Assembly (NCBI GenBank): GCA_021613535.1
Contig: CP075497.1
Span: 620,001 to 684,000, forward strand
Length of the DNA: 64,000 nucleotides
Reading direction: 5' to 3'
Source of the DNA: Adineta vaga
Lineage: Eukaryota; Animalia; Rotifera
The notes under the pieces are model-generated. The model made no database searches. It was given only the letters and a program-made list of their open reading frames with translations, and had not been told where the DNA came from. Position numbers and translations under genes: made by a program. Positions 50,931 to 63,642 of the stretch are shown one piece after another (position 1 is the first letter of the stretch; each line of letters begins with the position of its first letter).

Positions 50931-51412
50931 TTTTTTATTAATCAGAAGAGTTTAAAAACAATCTAAGTAGATATAAAATAGAATGAAATTTTAATAAGAT
51001 TTATTTGATTTCCTATTTTAAATAGCTTAAACGTTATACACGTCCATGGATCCGTTTTAACACAGTATTATATATTAACATCCCAACGTGATAGGGTTTT
51101 TCCTTTTTTTCTTTTTTCTCTTTTCTGTTCTCCCTTCTCCTTTATTACGAGGTATTAATGTATACATACACGTGTTTATATTATCGGTGCTTTAGCTATA
51201 TAGAAAAGCGTTTCAGGTTTAAACTGGCTAAAATGATGCATAAACATAATATAATCATGTACATCCAATGATTCGAAAGTAAAAAGAATGCATAAAGAAT
51301 TGGAAAGAATTCTTCTCGCATAATGAAACGTGATTTCTATAATATAGTTTTCTACTTTTATTTTTTTTTTCAAATAGATGAAATAAAAAGTTCATAACAT
51401 AAAAAAATACTT

Positions 51413-54400
51413 TCAGTCGTGCTCATGGTATGCAGATACTTCTGTTACAATTAATTGTTGATGAAATTCAAATGTAATACAATGTTTCAGAATATTATTG
51501 ACATCGATAATATCAATTAGATCAGATGATTCTTTAGACAACAAACTAAAAAATTTATCTAATGGTTTTTCTAATAAAGAGAAATATGATGATGTTTCAA
51601 ATAGTGAACTAAAGTTATCATCTTGTATGTAACGTTGAAGAAGGGCATAATTACTGTTAGAAAATGTAAAAAATAATTTAATTCTTCCAAAATGTTGATT
51701 ATGATCATTTGATGATTTGTAGTAAGATACAAAGTAACTATTGGATTTTCCTCTTTTGTTATAGATTAATGAATGAAACATGTTATTACGAATAAGAAAT
51801 CGTCGATAAATAGAAACACAACTTAAAGGATTTAAACATGTGCATATTTTGTCGTGATATTGTGTAACAATAGGATAATTATTAAGATTAATATCAACAT
51901 TGAGATCTATAGGTTTTGAAATTGTTGTAAATTTTGCATGAGCAGTTTGTGCATACAAATGAAAATCAATAGAATAATAATGTACTATAAGATCAGAATA
52001 ATAATTAGAACCATGAATATTTTTACTTATATGACCGATGAGGTCTTCTTGATGAAAACAACCAATATTTGCTAATGAACCATAATTGCGATATTGTGCA
52101 CCAAAATGCCGATGTAAATGCAATACAAAATTTTGAATACCAGTATAAAATAATTCATGATCTTTGTAATATTGATCAAACAATGCATCAGCTATCGTTT
52201 GTGTTTGATTATCAAACATTGAAGGCTGTAAATGATACAATCGTATAGAACAAACAAATAAAGCAAAGTGAGCAAGTCTCTCAATATCAATAAGACCCAA
52301 TAATGAAGGCAGACATCCGTAGTACAAAATATTTCTTAATTCTGTTGCTTTTATAAAAGCAAACTCTGTAAAAGGCTTCATTTTACGATGAAAGAAATGT
52401 GGAAAGGATTGCAATCTTAATTTATTATTGAGTTGTTCACGTTTTGATGGTTTAAGCAGTTTGTAGATCTCGTTTAAAACAGTCTTAGTGTGACGTAGTA
52501 ACGTAACATGTTGGTAATCAATCAGAATACTATACGGTAATGATATATCAAGTATATCTTGTAGAATTGAAATTCCTATAATAAAGAAAATTTGTATGAT
52601 TTAAATAAGACAGTTAAATCTGCTTTTCTTCGATAGATCTACTTCTAACAGCTTTTTAATAAACTTTAAAAGTAATTCAGAGAAATATTGTAGTTTAAAT
52701 TTAGTGAGCAAAATCTACAAGGATATTTTTCATTAAATATTAGATCTATATATAGATTGTATAGAGAAAGATTTAGATTTCTATGTTTAAATATCTTTAC
52801 AACCTCATAATCTTTATACGACCATTTGAACTATGTCTCAACAAATTCAATTATTATCAGTGAATATTTTTCAAGATGATGCCTTAGAATGAATGTTTGT
52901 ACCAACAATTGACCTTTATGTCCATATACGATTTCTTTTGAAGATTCAGCGTCTTCAGATTGTTTGTGATATTTTTCTGGATTACGTAAAAATAATTTTT
53001 TTTCATAAAAGTATTGCCTTTTTTTTTAATATTAATCCCACGGATATAACAAAAGTGACAACAATAGTAACCATTATGTCCATTAAAATGAAGTATTTTG
53101 CTCAAAGCTGGTGAATCTCCAGTAATAGCAAGAAATTTAACTTCAATTCGATGATTTTCATTTATTAATATTCCTAAAAAAAATAAAAGAAAAATGTTGC
53201 AAGCTCCATCATATCAAATACCACACTATGAAGCTCGATAATTAATTAATTTCCATCTGATTCTAAATAAATAATTTAAACGTCTAAACAAGTACAAACG
53301 AATAAGAAAATGAACTCATTCAGAACGATTATTATTTCACACACATCTGAATTCTTATTAATATCCTTGAAATCTATCTAATTTTTGTCTTATTATTCGA
53401 TTAATACTGAATACTTATTATCTATTCATATATATAAATAATAACAAAATCTTCTATTTTTTCAGTATATTTTATATGAACTAAACACGAGTTAATCATT
53501 CTTTGTTTCTGATTTTTTACTCCTAATAATCGTTTATTCAGTCTATACATATGTACATACAATCTAAGAAAAGAAGCATATATTCTCATAACGATATTTG
53601 TACTATTATATTTTCATCGAAGATTAAAAGAATGAATCAAATACAACATATTGTACTGTAGATTTTTTTGAAAGCAATGCATTCAATCATTAAATCTGAA
53701 AACAAGTGCTCAAATTATATATGTATGTCTATATTACCTTTTGTTTTTATCAATTTAATCGTATCTCTGCAGTTGTCTAACCATATTCTTGCAACAGGTT
53801 CTTTATAGCTAAACCAAAACGAAAATAATACATTATTATAACGATTATCTCGTAATTGAGGTCTTAATTCAATTATTGATCCAGAGAACAACCACATCTT
53901 CATATTAGATGATTTTGATAATTTAATGCCATCAAGATGTAATAGAAATGTAATGAAATTAACATTGGGATTATTTTTCAATAGCTGTTGATAAACATTG
54001 TTGAATCCTATATCATTAGTTTTGTTTTTATCATTCATAATTCGAAGTTCATGTTGATACTCATTTATTTCTACCTTCAATCGTGTATAAATGCTTTTAA
54101 TATATTCTTCAATATTCATATCATAGATATATGCAAATGTTTTAGAATTACTAGATTGACATTTGACACAACATTTTTTATCACATGATAAATTACTATT
54201 ACAACTGGTACATAAAATACGTTTTTTTAAAGTATTATTTTCAATTTCTAATAGTGTTATCAGGTTCTTCATATTCTTTGGTACATTATTCGGTAATGGA
54301 AGTGTTGAAGAAATAAATGATAACAAATGATTTGCATGTGATTTACATATATTCGATTTTCGTAGTAAATTCAATAAGTTTGAACAAAATTCTTTAGTTG

Positions 54401-54791
54401 ACATATTCGTGTAATTATGTAATAAATTTTTGGAATCAATATTAAGATCATCACAGCACTCTAAACCATCGGATAAATCACCAATAATATGAGTATCATT
54501 GATATTGAGATTTTCCATTTGATAAGTATCGTTAAGATTGTCTTCATATTCCATAAGATTTTCATTCATTTGGTTTTCTAATAAATAATCATTCTCTACA
54601 TTTGTTGTAATTTTATTTTGTACATCGGTATCAGGTGTAAATGAGGAAATAACATCCGGTAATTCATTATCATTTGGTGTTTGTTCATAATGAAGTTTTC
54701 GTTTTTTCATTTTTCTTTCATTATTTATTATTGATCTCTTTGAATTTCTGCTTGTAACAAAATCAAGAGCTTCGCTGAAATCAAAATCCAT
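51413..54791 (-). CDS. CMC/EnSpm (CACTA)-type DDE transposase, 3 exons, with a frameshift in an A9 run near 53023
   Basis: Motifs LHLDGIKL..MKMW, GDSPALSK..HNGYYCCHFC, GHK|GIS, LIDYQH, KATELRN, VLHLHRH and CFHQED, plus an N-terminal CxxC..CCxxC Zn finger. Confidence 0.8.
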
Positions 54792-55954
54792 GCAGATAAT
54801 ACGATAAAATCTTTTAGCTAAACAATACTCTAAATTAAAACTACTTTATTATTAATATAATAATGTTTAAAAGATTATAATAAATTTTTAAAAAAATATT
54901 CAAGTTAGCACGGAAAATCTCGAACTTTTCGTTGTAGAAACATATGGAACATTTCCAAATTTCAAAGAAAACATATCTTACAATCAATAGACGGTGTACA
55001 GATGTCCTTAGCTGAAACGAACGTATCTTGAATAAAAACTGTTAATATAGAAAATCCTTTCATAAATATTGTATTTTTTCAAATCTCCTGTTAGAAATCA
55101 ATACAATAATAGCTGAAATTTTCTTATCATGAATTATCGAAGAAATAATCTGTAAAACTTTACAATGGGCGACACCAATCTGTAGTGCAAAAAACAATGT
55201 GCTCGAATATAATTCAAATACACCGTCTTGATCATATTTTTTAGCGACAGTCAATTCATAATTATCCAGTATGAGGCTTAAGAACAATTTTCAGAACGAT
55301 TAAAAAACATTATTTGTTTGATTACATATTCATTAGAAATGCATTTTATAAGTTAAATATAAACACCATTTTTATCGGATGTTAATCTTCTCTCCTAAAA
55401 TTAATATAAGATTTCGTCTTGTTTTTATTAGTTTTTAATATATTTTAAATTATTAATATTATTAGTTAATTCAGATTAATTTCTAATGATTTAATGGCAA
55501 TTGGGAAGAAGTTTTGTTGATTTATCTCGCTGTATAGTAATAGCAGGATTATGAAGAGAGAAAAAGCAATATGACTTGTATTGACATAAAACAAATCGAA
55601 TTTCTTTTGTTTAAATTATAGACAATTATTAGATTTTTTCCGATGAAAAAATCAATTTTCTTCACGTCATCATTGCACAAAGGTTTATTTAATTTTAACA
55701 GTATATTTTGTCTTATTTTTATTGAAACGCACTAAATATTTCTTGACATAGACCCACCATCCGTCGTCAATCAAATCTAATTTGTTTCTATCTTTCGAAT
55801 AGAAATATTATCATTTCAATTAGTTGTTGAATTTCACTCGATAGGACATAGCTAAATGAGTTTTCATTTTAAGAGTGAAAGATTAATTCTTCAACAGTAT
55901 GTTGGCCACATCGTTTAGCTGCATACACAGTTTTCTGATTATTTCCGATGTAAA

Positions 55955-56352
55955 CCCAGTCACCGATTCCGATCGGATCTATGTTCATGTTACATGAAAA
56001 AATCCAATGAACGGAAATCCTAAGTACTTGTATGATCCGACCAGTTCCGATAGCAGTCAATGGATGGTTTTATCACGGAATCCTGTCGATGAGAACCTGT
56101 CAATTCCGATTATTTCTGATGATCGGATTATGTGGAATAAGATCGGAAATGATCAGATCCTGTGATCGGATTCGGGCGGTTCCAGTTGCATGGATCCGAT
56201 TGGAACCCGTCGTATCCGATCATCGGATATCAAAGGCAAACGGCGGATTACATCGGAATCCGACAAGGAATATCCGACTGGATCCGATCATCCAGATCAC
56301 AACGGATTTTGCATCCGTCCGGTAGGATCCGATGTACCCATTTCGACCTGGG
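55955..56352. mobile_element. Non-autonomous CMC-like MITE with CCCAG...CTGGG ends
   Basis: Starts CCCAGTC and ends TCGACCTGGG. The interior is dense in ATCCGAT/ATCGGAT motifs in both orientations. Confidence 0.6.
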
Positions 56353-56459
56353 CAACTAACAATACACAGTAGCATCTTGTATTGTTCACTAGGAACCCTT
56401 AGGTATCTACAAAACATATTTACTCTGTGTTTGAAAGAGCTGTTCTATAAAATACCTCA

Positions 56460-56540
56460 CCTCTCTATAGTGGACACCTCTTTACAGTGGACACTTTTGA
56501 ATGGGCCCGAGAGTGTCCACTACAGAGAGGTTTTACTGTA
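56460..56540. mobile_element. Tc1/pogo-type MITE remnant
   Basis: Inverted pair CCTCTCTATAGTGGACAC / GTGTCCACTACAGAGAGG ending in TTTTACTG-TA. The left terminus is decayed. Confidence 0.55.
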
Positions 56541-57116
56541 ACTCAAAGTAAGTCTTGCGAAATTAACATCAAATTCTTCAACAGCAAACCTCATCCAACT
56601 CATTTTACTTTTCCACAGAAAACCACAACAACACAAACATCAACCATTGAAGACAACGCAGCGCGCAGACGCAACGGCCCAACAGCACTATTATCAGCCA
56701 CAACGAAACATATACTATTACTACTGCATTCGATTCCACAAATTGAACTTTCACGCGTCTATCCTTACTAAATGTAAACTTCTAAATTGCTCTTTTTCCA
56801 CCCGAACATTTAATATCCAATATACCGATCATATAACATTAATAGATAAAATCTAGATTATGGAAGCTAGTCACACCCACAGTCACCCACACCCACTCCC
56901 GCAAGGTTCTAAACGATCGTCGTCAGTAGTTTGGATATTTTCTTCGAAAATCCACCCTCAAGTTGATTAAAGCAAGACATTCGTGTTCAAATACAGTATT
57001 TGAGGAAGAGACTAGTCATACCGAAAGTTAGAGCTGTGTATATTTTTGGTTCGTTCGAAGTATCTTATTATTTCGCAGTCCCAAAACATAGCATTATGGC
57101 GACCATTAACTAACCA

Positions 57117-60100
57117 TTATGCATTTCCTGATACTGCTGCGTCGTACTTCGTCCAAGAATTACCCATCTCGTGGATATTTGATGAAGTTTCTATTGGAGG
57201 AACATACAATTCGGCGCTTGTAAGGATGCCCTTATCATCGTCACCACTAAATCCACCAGTAACTAATACTTTTCCATCCATCAATGTGGATGCTCCATGA
57301 ATATATCGAGCGTCATTCATGTTGCTACCTAGTGTCCAACTGTCCGTCGATGCATTATACAACTCCGAACTATTTATAATATAAGAATTGCAACCTCCCG
57401 CGACTAGTACTTGTCCATTTGATAATACAGATATTGTGTGATAAATTCGTTCCTCGTTCATGCTAGCACTATTTACCCAAACTCCTGTCCTTGGATCGTA
57501 TAGCTCAGCACTTTTTAAAAGAAGCTCATTATTAACACCGCCTGTAACTAATACTTTTCCATCTGGTAATAAAGCTGCTGCGTGAAAACTGCGATGGTCA
57601 TTCATGCTACCAGTCGCTGTCCAAACTCCTGTTGATGGATCATACAGCTCAGCACTATTTTGGACATTATGATAAAATCCTCCGGTAACTAATACTTTTC
57701 CGTCTGTTAAAACGATTGCTGTGTGAGAGAATCGAGGATTATTCATGCTACCGGTGGATGTCCAAACTTCTGTTAATGGATCATACAACTCAGCACTTTT
57801 TAGAATGAGTCCATCACCCATACCGCCAGCTACTAATACTTTTCCATTCAGTAATACGGATGCTGTGTGCACAGTTCGCGCGCCTCCCATACTACCAGTA
57901 GTTGTCCAAGTTCCTGTTGATGGATCATATAACTCACTACTGTTGTGTGCACTCATGATAGATATGTTTTCGTTTATTAAAACTGGTATCTTGATATTCT
58001 TGCGTGTATTATTCATTATATTGGTCGTTGTCATAATTTTCGGCGGTGGTAGACATGATTTCTCACCTCGCACACTAGTCACGTCATCAGTTCCACCTGT
58101 AATCAACACTTTTCCATTTGACAATACGGATGCTGTATGTTCATATCGCTCTTTACCCATATTACTAGCCATTGCCCAACTCCGCGTTAATGGATCATAC
58201 AACTCAGCACTACTCAAAAGAGAACCATTAGTACCACCAGTAACTAAAACTTTTTCATTAGTTAATAAAGATGATGTATGATCAGTTCGCCGTATATTCA
58301 TGCTACCGGTATAATACCATCCTAGAGAAAATTATTTGAATATATTTAAGACAGAGAGTTCATGAAACCACCGACATTATGAGCACTTGAAAACTTTTTT
58401 ATGCGATATTTTGGCATAAGATGAAAGAGCATGCTGAGAAACCTACACGCCCAAAATTTCAGTCCTACCCAGGCTTGCCAAATGAAAATTTTAGAAATCA
58501 GGGACTATTGAAAAAAAATCAGGAGCTTATCAGGAGAAGTTTTCTTAGAAATCAGGAGAAAAATCAGGAGGTTTTCTTTAGATATTCAAGAACGTTTATA
58601 TTATTTTTACTGTACAAGTTACGCTCGTCTAAAAGCTTGATCAAGTGTTTCTGGTAGAATCTATGTACTTCACTGTTACTGAACTTTTTATTCATCTAGT
58701 TTGCAAAAAATTGACCTTATATTCGAACTCGACGACTCCAACTATTCGTCGGTAAATCCTTACCAAAAAGCCTTACTTTTTCGTAGAAGGAAAGATGTCT
58801 TTTATCCAAAACAATAGGACCTATTATTTTCAAACTATTTTCAAATCCAGATTTCTTATCTTCTATTACCCTTTAGTCAAGTATTAGGTTAAATAGTCTC
58901 TTTTGTTTTTATTTATCTTCCGATCAATCAGCAAAATGCGACCGTTAAACAAGTAAATAATTTATTCTTGCAAAAATCCTTTTCTATGAGAATCAGAATA
59001 ATATTTAACTTTTGCCTTAGTGTATGCCTATACCTTTACAGACGTGTCACTCTTCCATGACAAAGTAACTATAAAAGAATTCCATATAACTAAAGGAAAC
59101 TGAAAGAAATGCTCATTTCACAAAATTTATTTCTATATTTATTCTATGAATAATTATTAGAAAATGAATATTAACTTCTCGAATAATATAGAACAAAACA
59201 TAAAGCAGAAAGTACCCTAGTCGAACTTTTTTTGGCAAGCACATGCACATCTTGACCTTCTTGACCATTTGCAGACAATCTTTTAGTATTTATGTCTAAT
59301 CATGTTCAAGCGCTGGCCATGCGCAGGTCATGCACAGGCCATGCGCTTGAAAGAGTGCATATATTACTTGATTTTTTTTTCTTATCTTCAGAATATCGCT
59401 ATAGATGTCAATAGTTAGCAATGTTTTCATATTTCTTATAGTTACAAAACGTGAATAAAAGAAGATAAAGAAATAAAACATATGATTGACGCGCATAACG
59501 ATAGAGATTTAAGTTAAAATACGATAGGATAGGATATGATCATTACTATAACAAAAGCGAAAGAAATAAACAAATAAGAACTGATATTATACTAGTAGGA
59601 GCTAACAAAGGAAATTTTGCTATCCGTTCGAGATTAACAAACACGAGCAATGCTAAATGTCAAAATATTGACAATAATATGTGAAACATTGAAAAAGATA
59701 TCCGTTGTATTTTAATTGTGCCTTTTTTCATATTTTTAATGGACATTTATAATTAATTGGTTTATATAATTAAAATTAAGTTCAAATGTGATCTTGATGC
59801 TCAATAAACGAGATTTATCACAGTTACTTGAGCTAGAAATATTAAACGTACAGTTACCTATGGTTGATTTACCTGCTATCAGATACTCCAGTTCTTGTGA
59901 TCCTCAGGTATTCCAAATATGATATGCGTTTTATCTGCGCATGTCTCAAGCAAGCGTTCTAGCGCTTCTCAATGGTAAGAAACCCCAGCGCTATGGACAA
60001 ATCTTGATGCAAGTCTGGTTCAAGCGCAGACAAAACAAAGTTCGACTAGGGTATGTAATTAGGTCATTACTATTAAATTGGTGGCTTTTTTCAATGAGAC

Positions 60101-62882
60101 TATATTTCTCTGATGATCGAATTTCTTTGAGTATATTCGATTTAGTAAACAAAAACAGAAAACTATAGATGTCAAATGGGTGTTCATATAGTTTGGAATT
60201 CTACTTCAGCTAAATCATATGTCATCTTGTTTCTGATTGTTGTCAAAAAAAAACATCATGTATCTAAAAACTGATTTAGAAAAAGCATTCGACACAGAAA
60301 TAGTTAATAAAAATCTATTGAATTCTGATTATTTTCTCGTTTTCTCCACCAAATTTGTATAAGCGAGAAGGTGTCTGTAAATCTCGACTGGGGAAAAGCA
60401 AAAATCAGGAGAAATCAGGAGAAAATGATGAAAATCAGCTCCTGATTTCAGGAGATTTTCAATCAGGAGAAAAGGTGAAAACCAGGAGACTCCTGATCAA
60501 ATCAGGAGGTTTGGCAGTCCTGGCCCTACCGGGCAAGATCTGGGAGAGCTATTCCTGTACGAACCGTCGAAAGATCCGAATGGTTCGCATGAATCCATCG
60601 ATTTTTCATCACAAACAATTTTTGACCGATTTGTGCGCAGTATCTCCAAGGTAACATCGATTATAATACGTCGAAAGATAGAATATTCTCCTCTATCGAT
60701 CTCCAGAGACAGCGCTTCCTTTTCCAAAGCATGTTCGAACGAAAAAACTCGGTTACCAGGCTCAAGTAAACGAAAAAAAACGTGTTTTTTGGCAGTTTTT
60801 TTTTACATTTTCCGACATTTTCCCAATGAAACATGGCTTGGGAAAGGTGAGCTCCAATTTTATAATTTCAGATTCTGATAGAGCGTCGAAAACTGCATCG
60901 AATAGTGTATTTTCACCTTTATAACTCGTTAGTCCGATGTTTAACTGATGGATGCAATTGTACGAACTGCCGTCACTTTCGGTAAAAATAGGCACTTTTT
61001 CGCATGGTACATTAGAAAATTGACTTTGCTGATTGGGAAACATTCTTATAGTAGCTTCCCATCGTGTGCAGAAATGAGTCAGTCATCGATTATATTGCAT
61101 TATTCATGAAAATGGATGATAGTTGATGTTTTCGTAGCATCATTGGTGAATATTGATGAAAAAGGGTCGTAATAACGCATTTTGTACTAATGATCGCCAA
61201 TGGTTCTACGAAAACATCAACTATCATCCATTTTAATGGAAAAATGCAACATAATCAATGACTCGCTCGATACATGGACACGATGGGATATGCTTAGACG
61301 GCCACAGATGATCATGCTCATCCTTGACACATCGCGTTCGTCGATTACTTATTGTTTGTTGGTAATTAGGCATGACCAGTACCATCCGCCTGGGTACCGG
61401 TCGAACTGGCTTTCGATGAGCTGATTTAACAATTTTTTAAAGTTACTTAAAACCTCCGGTCTCTAAGTACAATATAATTATTTCACTTCTGAATACCTAC
61501 ACGACCCTCAAGACCAGAGATTTTGTGCTAGTTTATGCATTTTTCACTACTATATTAACGAAAAACAACGAATTAATGCCGAATCTCTGCTTCTTTTACA
61601 GTGGTTCAAGCATCGGAAAGTTAGGCAGCGATGATATCTCAAGGCGATAGGTATTTTCGAAAATAAAAAAAGTTTTTTGTCTATCCCCTGAGAACCAGTC
61701 GGATTGGGTGACCAAACGGACTGGGGCTGGTGGATGCCTATTAGCAATATATGTACGTCAGATTGTACGCTAACGTACGATGCAAAAGTAATGGCATAAA
61801 TGTCCGAGTCTGCTGTGTTTGACCAAATGTGATAGACAGCTGATTCTCTCACGATTCGAAAGAGCAAAGCGTTCTCTGTAAAACGCATCTCTTTAAAAAC
61901 CTTTTCAATAACTTTAGGAAATTCGAAAAACTGAGTTGTAATACAATACATAAAAAACGGGTATTCACACAATTAACGACCGAATCATAACAAATTACAG
62001 ACTTAGTATTTTACATATTTTTCCTGCCTTGCACACCATGAAAAGGAATTTTTTACAAACAGATTGCTCCTTGAAATCCGTACAAACTAAGATGTTTTCA
62101 TTGTCTTTAATTCCCTTCCTTTTTGCGCGACATGCGATGCAGATCGTTAGTCCAAAACGCGCAGCTTTCAAAGCCACTATTTTTCCAATTCGGTTCGCTG
62201 CATGACCGTTGAATTACTGACTTCAACACGAATTTGCAGAGATCATCGACTGGAATAGGTTCACACCGGTACGGTAACGATCGAAGGATTAAAACATGCA
62301 GCAAACCGAATTGGAAAAATACTGGCTTTGAAAGCTGCGCGTTTCGGACTAACGATCTGCATCGCACGTCGCACAACCAGGAAGGGAATTTTAAGACAAT
62401 GAAAACATCATGGTTTGTTTTCATTCAATGCCAAAATATTGCATGAAAAATTTTTCCAAGTGCTCACGCTATCCCGAAAAGGTGGGATTCTGGTGCACCG
62501 TTTCTTAAACCACTTATAACAAAATCATTGATTCTTTAGGATAATTTTCGGTTAGATAGAAACTAACATTGCATACATGACATTCATCAATGTGTATAGG
62601 CTTTTAAAATGAGCGCCTAAGGAAGTTTGCTGTATAGCTGTAGAACTTACCTGGCTTCTGCATGGTAGTGGTTGTTGATATTTTTGTTGTCGTCGTGGTG
62701 ATAGTGCTGTCTGGCTTGTGTGGAGCGAGAACAACAAATTTTAACACTACAGCTAGAATGATTGCTAGAACCGTGAAAGCGGCAACAGAGACACAGATGA
62801 ATTTAGCCCATCGATGACGCCACCATGTGCGTACTCTGCTGTTTTCAGGAAGAAGTTTAAAGCAAGACCAGTTCATATTCAT
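57117..62882 (-). CDS. Type II membrane-anchored kelch-repeat protein; exon 1 62882-62651, exon 2 58321-57117, 4.3-kb intron
   Basis: Exon 1 (TM + Thr stalk) ends CCA G|GTAAGT. The acceptor CTCTAG|GA at 58322 gives [11 protein letters not shown], in frame with the kelch ORF (SMNxxRxxHTA..[18 protein letters not shown] repeats). Confidence 0.8.
58470..60522. mobile_element. Non-autonomous hAT-type element, copy 2, interrupted by a nested MITE
   Basis: Ends CAGGCTTGCCAAA / TTTGGCAGTCCTG, TSD GTCCTACC / GCCCTACC, colinear with 22872-23929. Confidence 0.85.
59215..60051. mobile_element. Tc1/mariner-type MITE (837 bp) nested in hAT copy 2
   Basis: TIRs CCCTAGTCGAACTTT / AAAGTTCGACTAGGG flanked by TA. 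hAT copy 1 shows the empty site (GCAGAAAT-TA-TGCAATT). Confidence 0.9.
61057..61288. mobile_element. Palindromic MITE (about 230 bp)
   Basis: Ends TCCCATCGTGT / ACACGATGGGA and internal arms AAAATGGATGATAGTTGATGTTTTCGTAG / CTACGAAAACATCAACTATCATCCATTTT. Confidence 0.75.
62082..62418. repeat. Inverted-repeat (foldback) element with arms of about 120 bp
   Basis: TGCGATGCAGATCGTTAGTCC..GCAGCTTTCAAAGCCA..TTTTTCCAATTCGGTT is mirrored at 62296-62418. Confidence 0.85.
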
Positions 62883-63642
62883 ATGACTTTCTGAAAGAAA
62901 CTATATTGAAAAACCACTCAGCACAATCTTTACAGCATTCAAAATGTGAAACACGATGTCCCTTTGAACATCGTATATTAAACGGGTGTGGTTTGTCAAC
63001 TAAATATGTCCGACAGGGGAAAAAGGCGATCTAAAGATTCAGTTTCGATTTTGGGACTATTTAAATCAGCGTCTTCTCCTCCACTCGTTGATGTCTGACG
63101 ATCTTTGATACTTTGGCAATCGTTGGATGAATCTTTGATACTATTTGGGTGACCATTAGTGACTACCTATGATTTCGAAATCTAAAGGAACATGTGGGTG
63201 CTACAAAGCACTTATTGTCTCATACGCAATAGCGTAAAGTTTTGTTCAATAATTATTTCTTTGCAAGAAGCACTAGCTAGTATTCGTTTTAATAGATGAC
63301 GCTTTAGCTTTGCCCCATCCATCACAAACGCACACGTTATCACAGACAACTTTAATGCTGAAATCTTTATATAAACGAGTTTTGCACGCGAAAGCGTTGT
63401 AAGCAAGAGCGGCTTTAAAGAATAGAAGCAATCCTTCGCTCTTTCTCATTCTAAAAAGACGGTCTATATTGCTGAGAAAACCGGACGTAAAAATGTATCC
63501 AGATTACCATGAATCTCCAAAAAGTGATTCTCAGCGAAATTTATTCTCTTTGTACTCTTAAAACTCGAAGTTCAACAGTGCTTCTAATTTATCTGATGTC
63601 TGTAGAATATACGAAGACCCACGAAGATCATCAAATCAAGAA

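Larger units (their letters stand above)
44871..54800 (-). mobile_element. Large CMC/EnSpm-like transposon body (transposase, two accessory genes, subterminal repeats); termini not identified
   Basis: A transposase, two BEN-like genes and tandem-repeat arrays sit together. No matching TIR pair was found, so the boundaries are approximate. Confidence 0.55.
58350..62504. mobile_element. Old TTAA-flanked element (Kolobok-like) hosting nested insertions
   Basis: TTAA at 58346-58349 and 62505-62508, with subterminal inverted arms TGAGCACTTGAAAACTTTTTTATGCGATATTTTGGCAT / ATGCCAAAATATTGCATGAAAAATTTTTCCAAGTGCTCA. The superfamily is tentative. Confidence 0.5.

Noticed and set aside
55869-56417. Cluster of short overlapping ORFs
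   Set aside because: They arise from the stop-poor ATCCGAT repeats of the CCCAG MITE and show no protein features.
57745-58281. Antisense ORFs over the kelch, NHL, TPR and Cys-repeat genes (also 32865-33179, 43179-43583, 47140-47523)
   Set aside because: These are shadow ORFs opposite well-supported coding exons.
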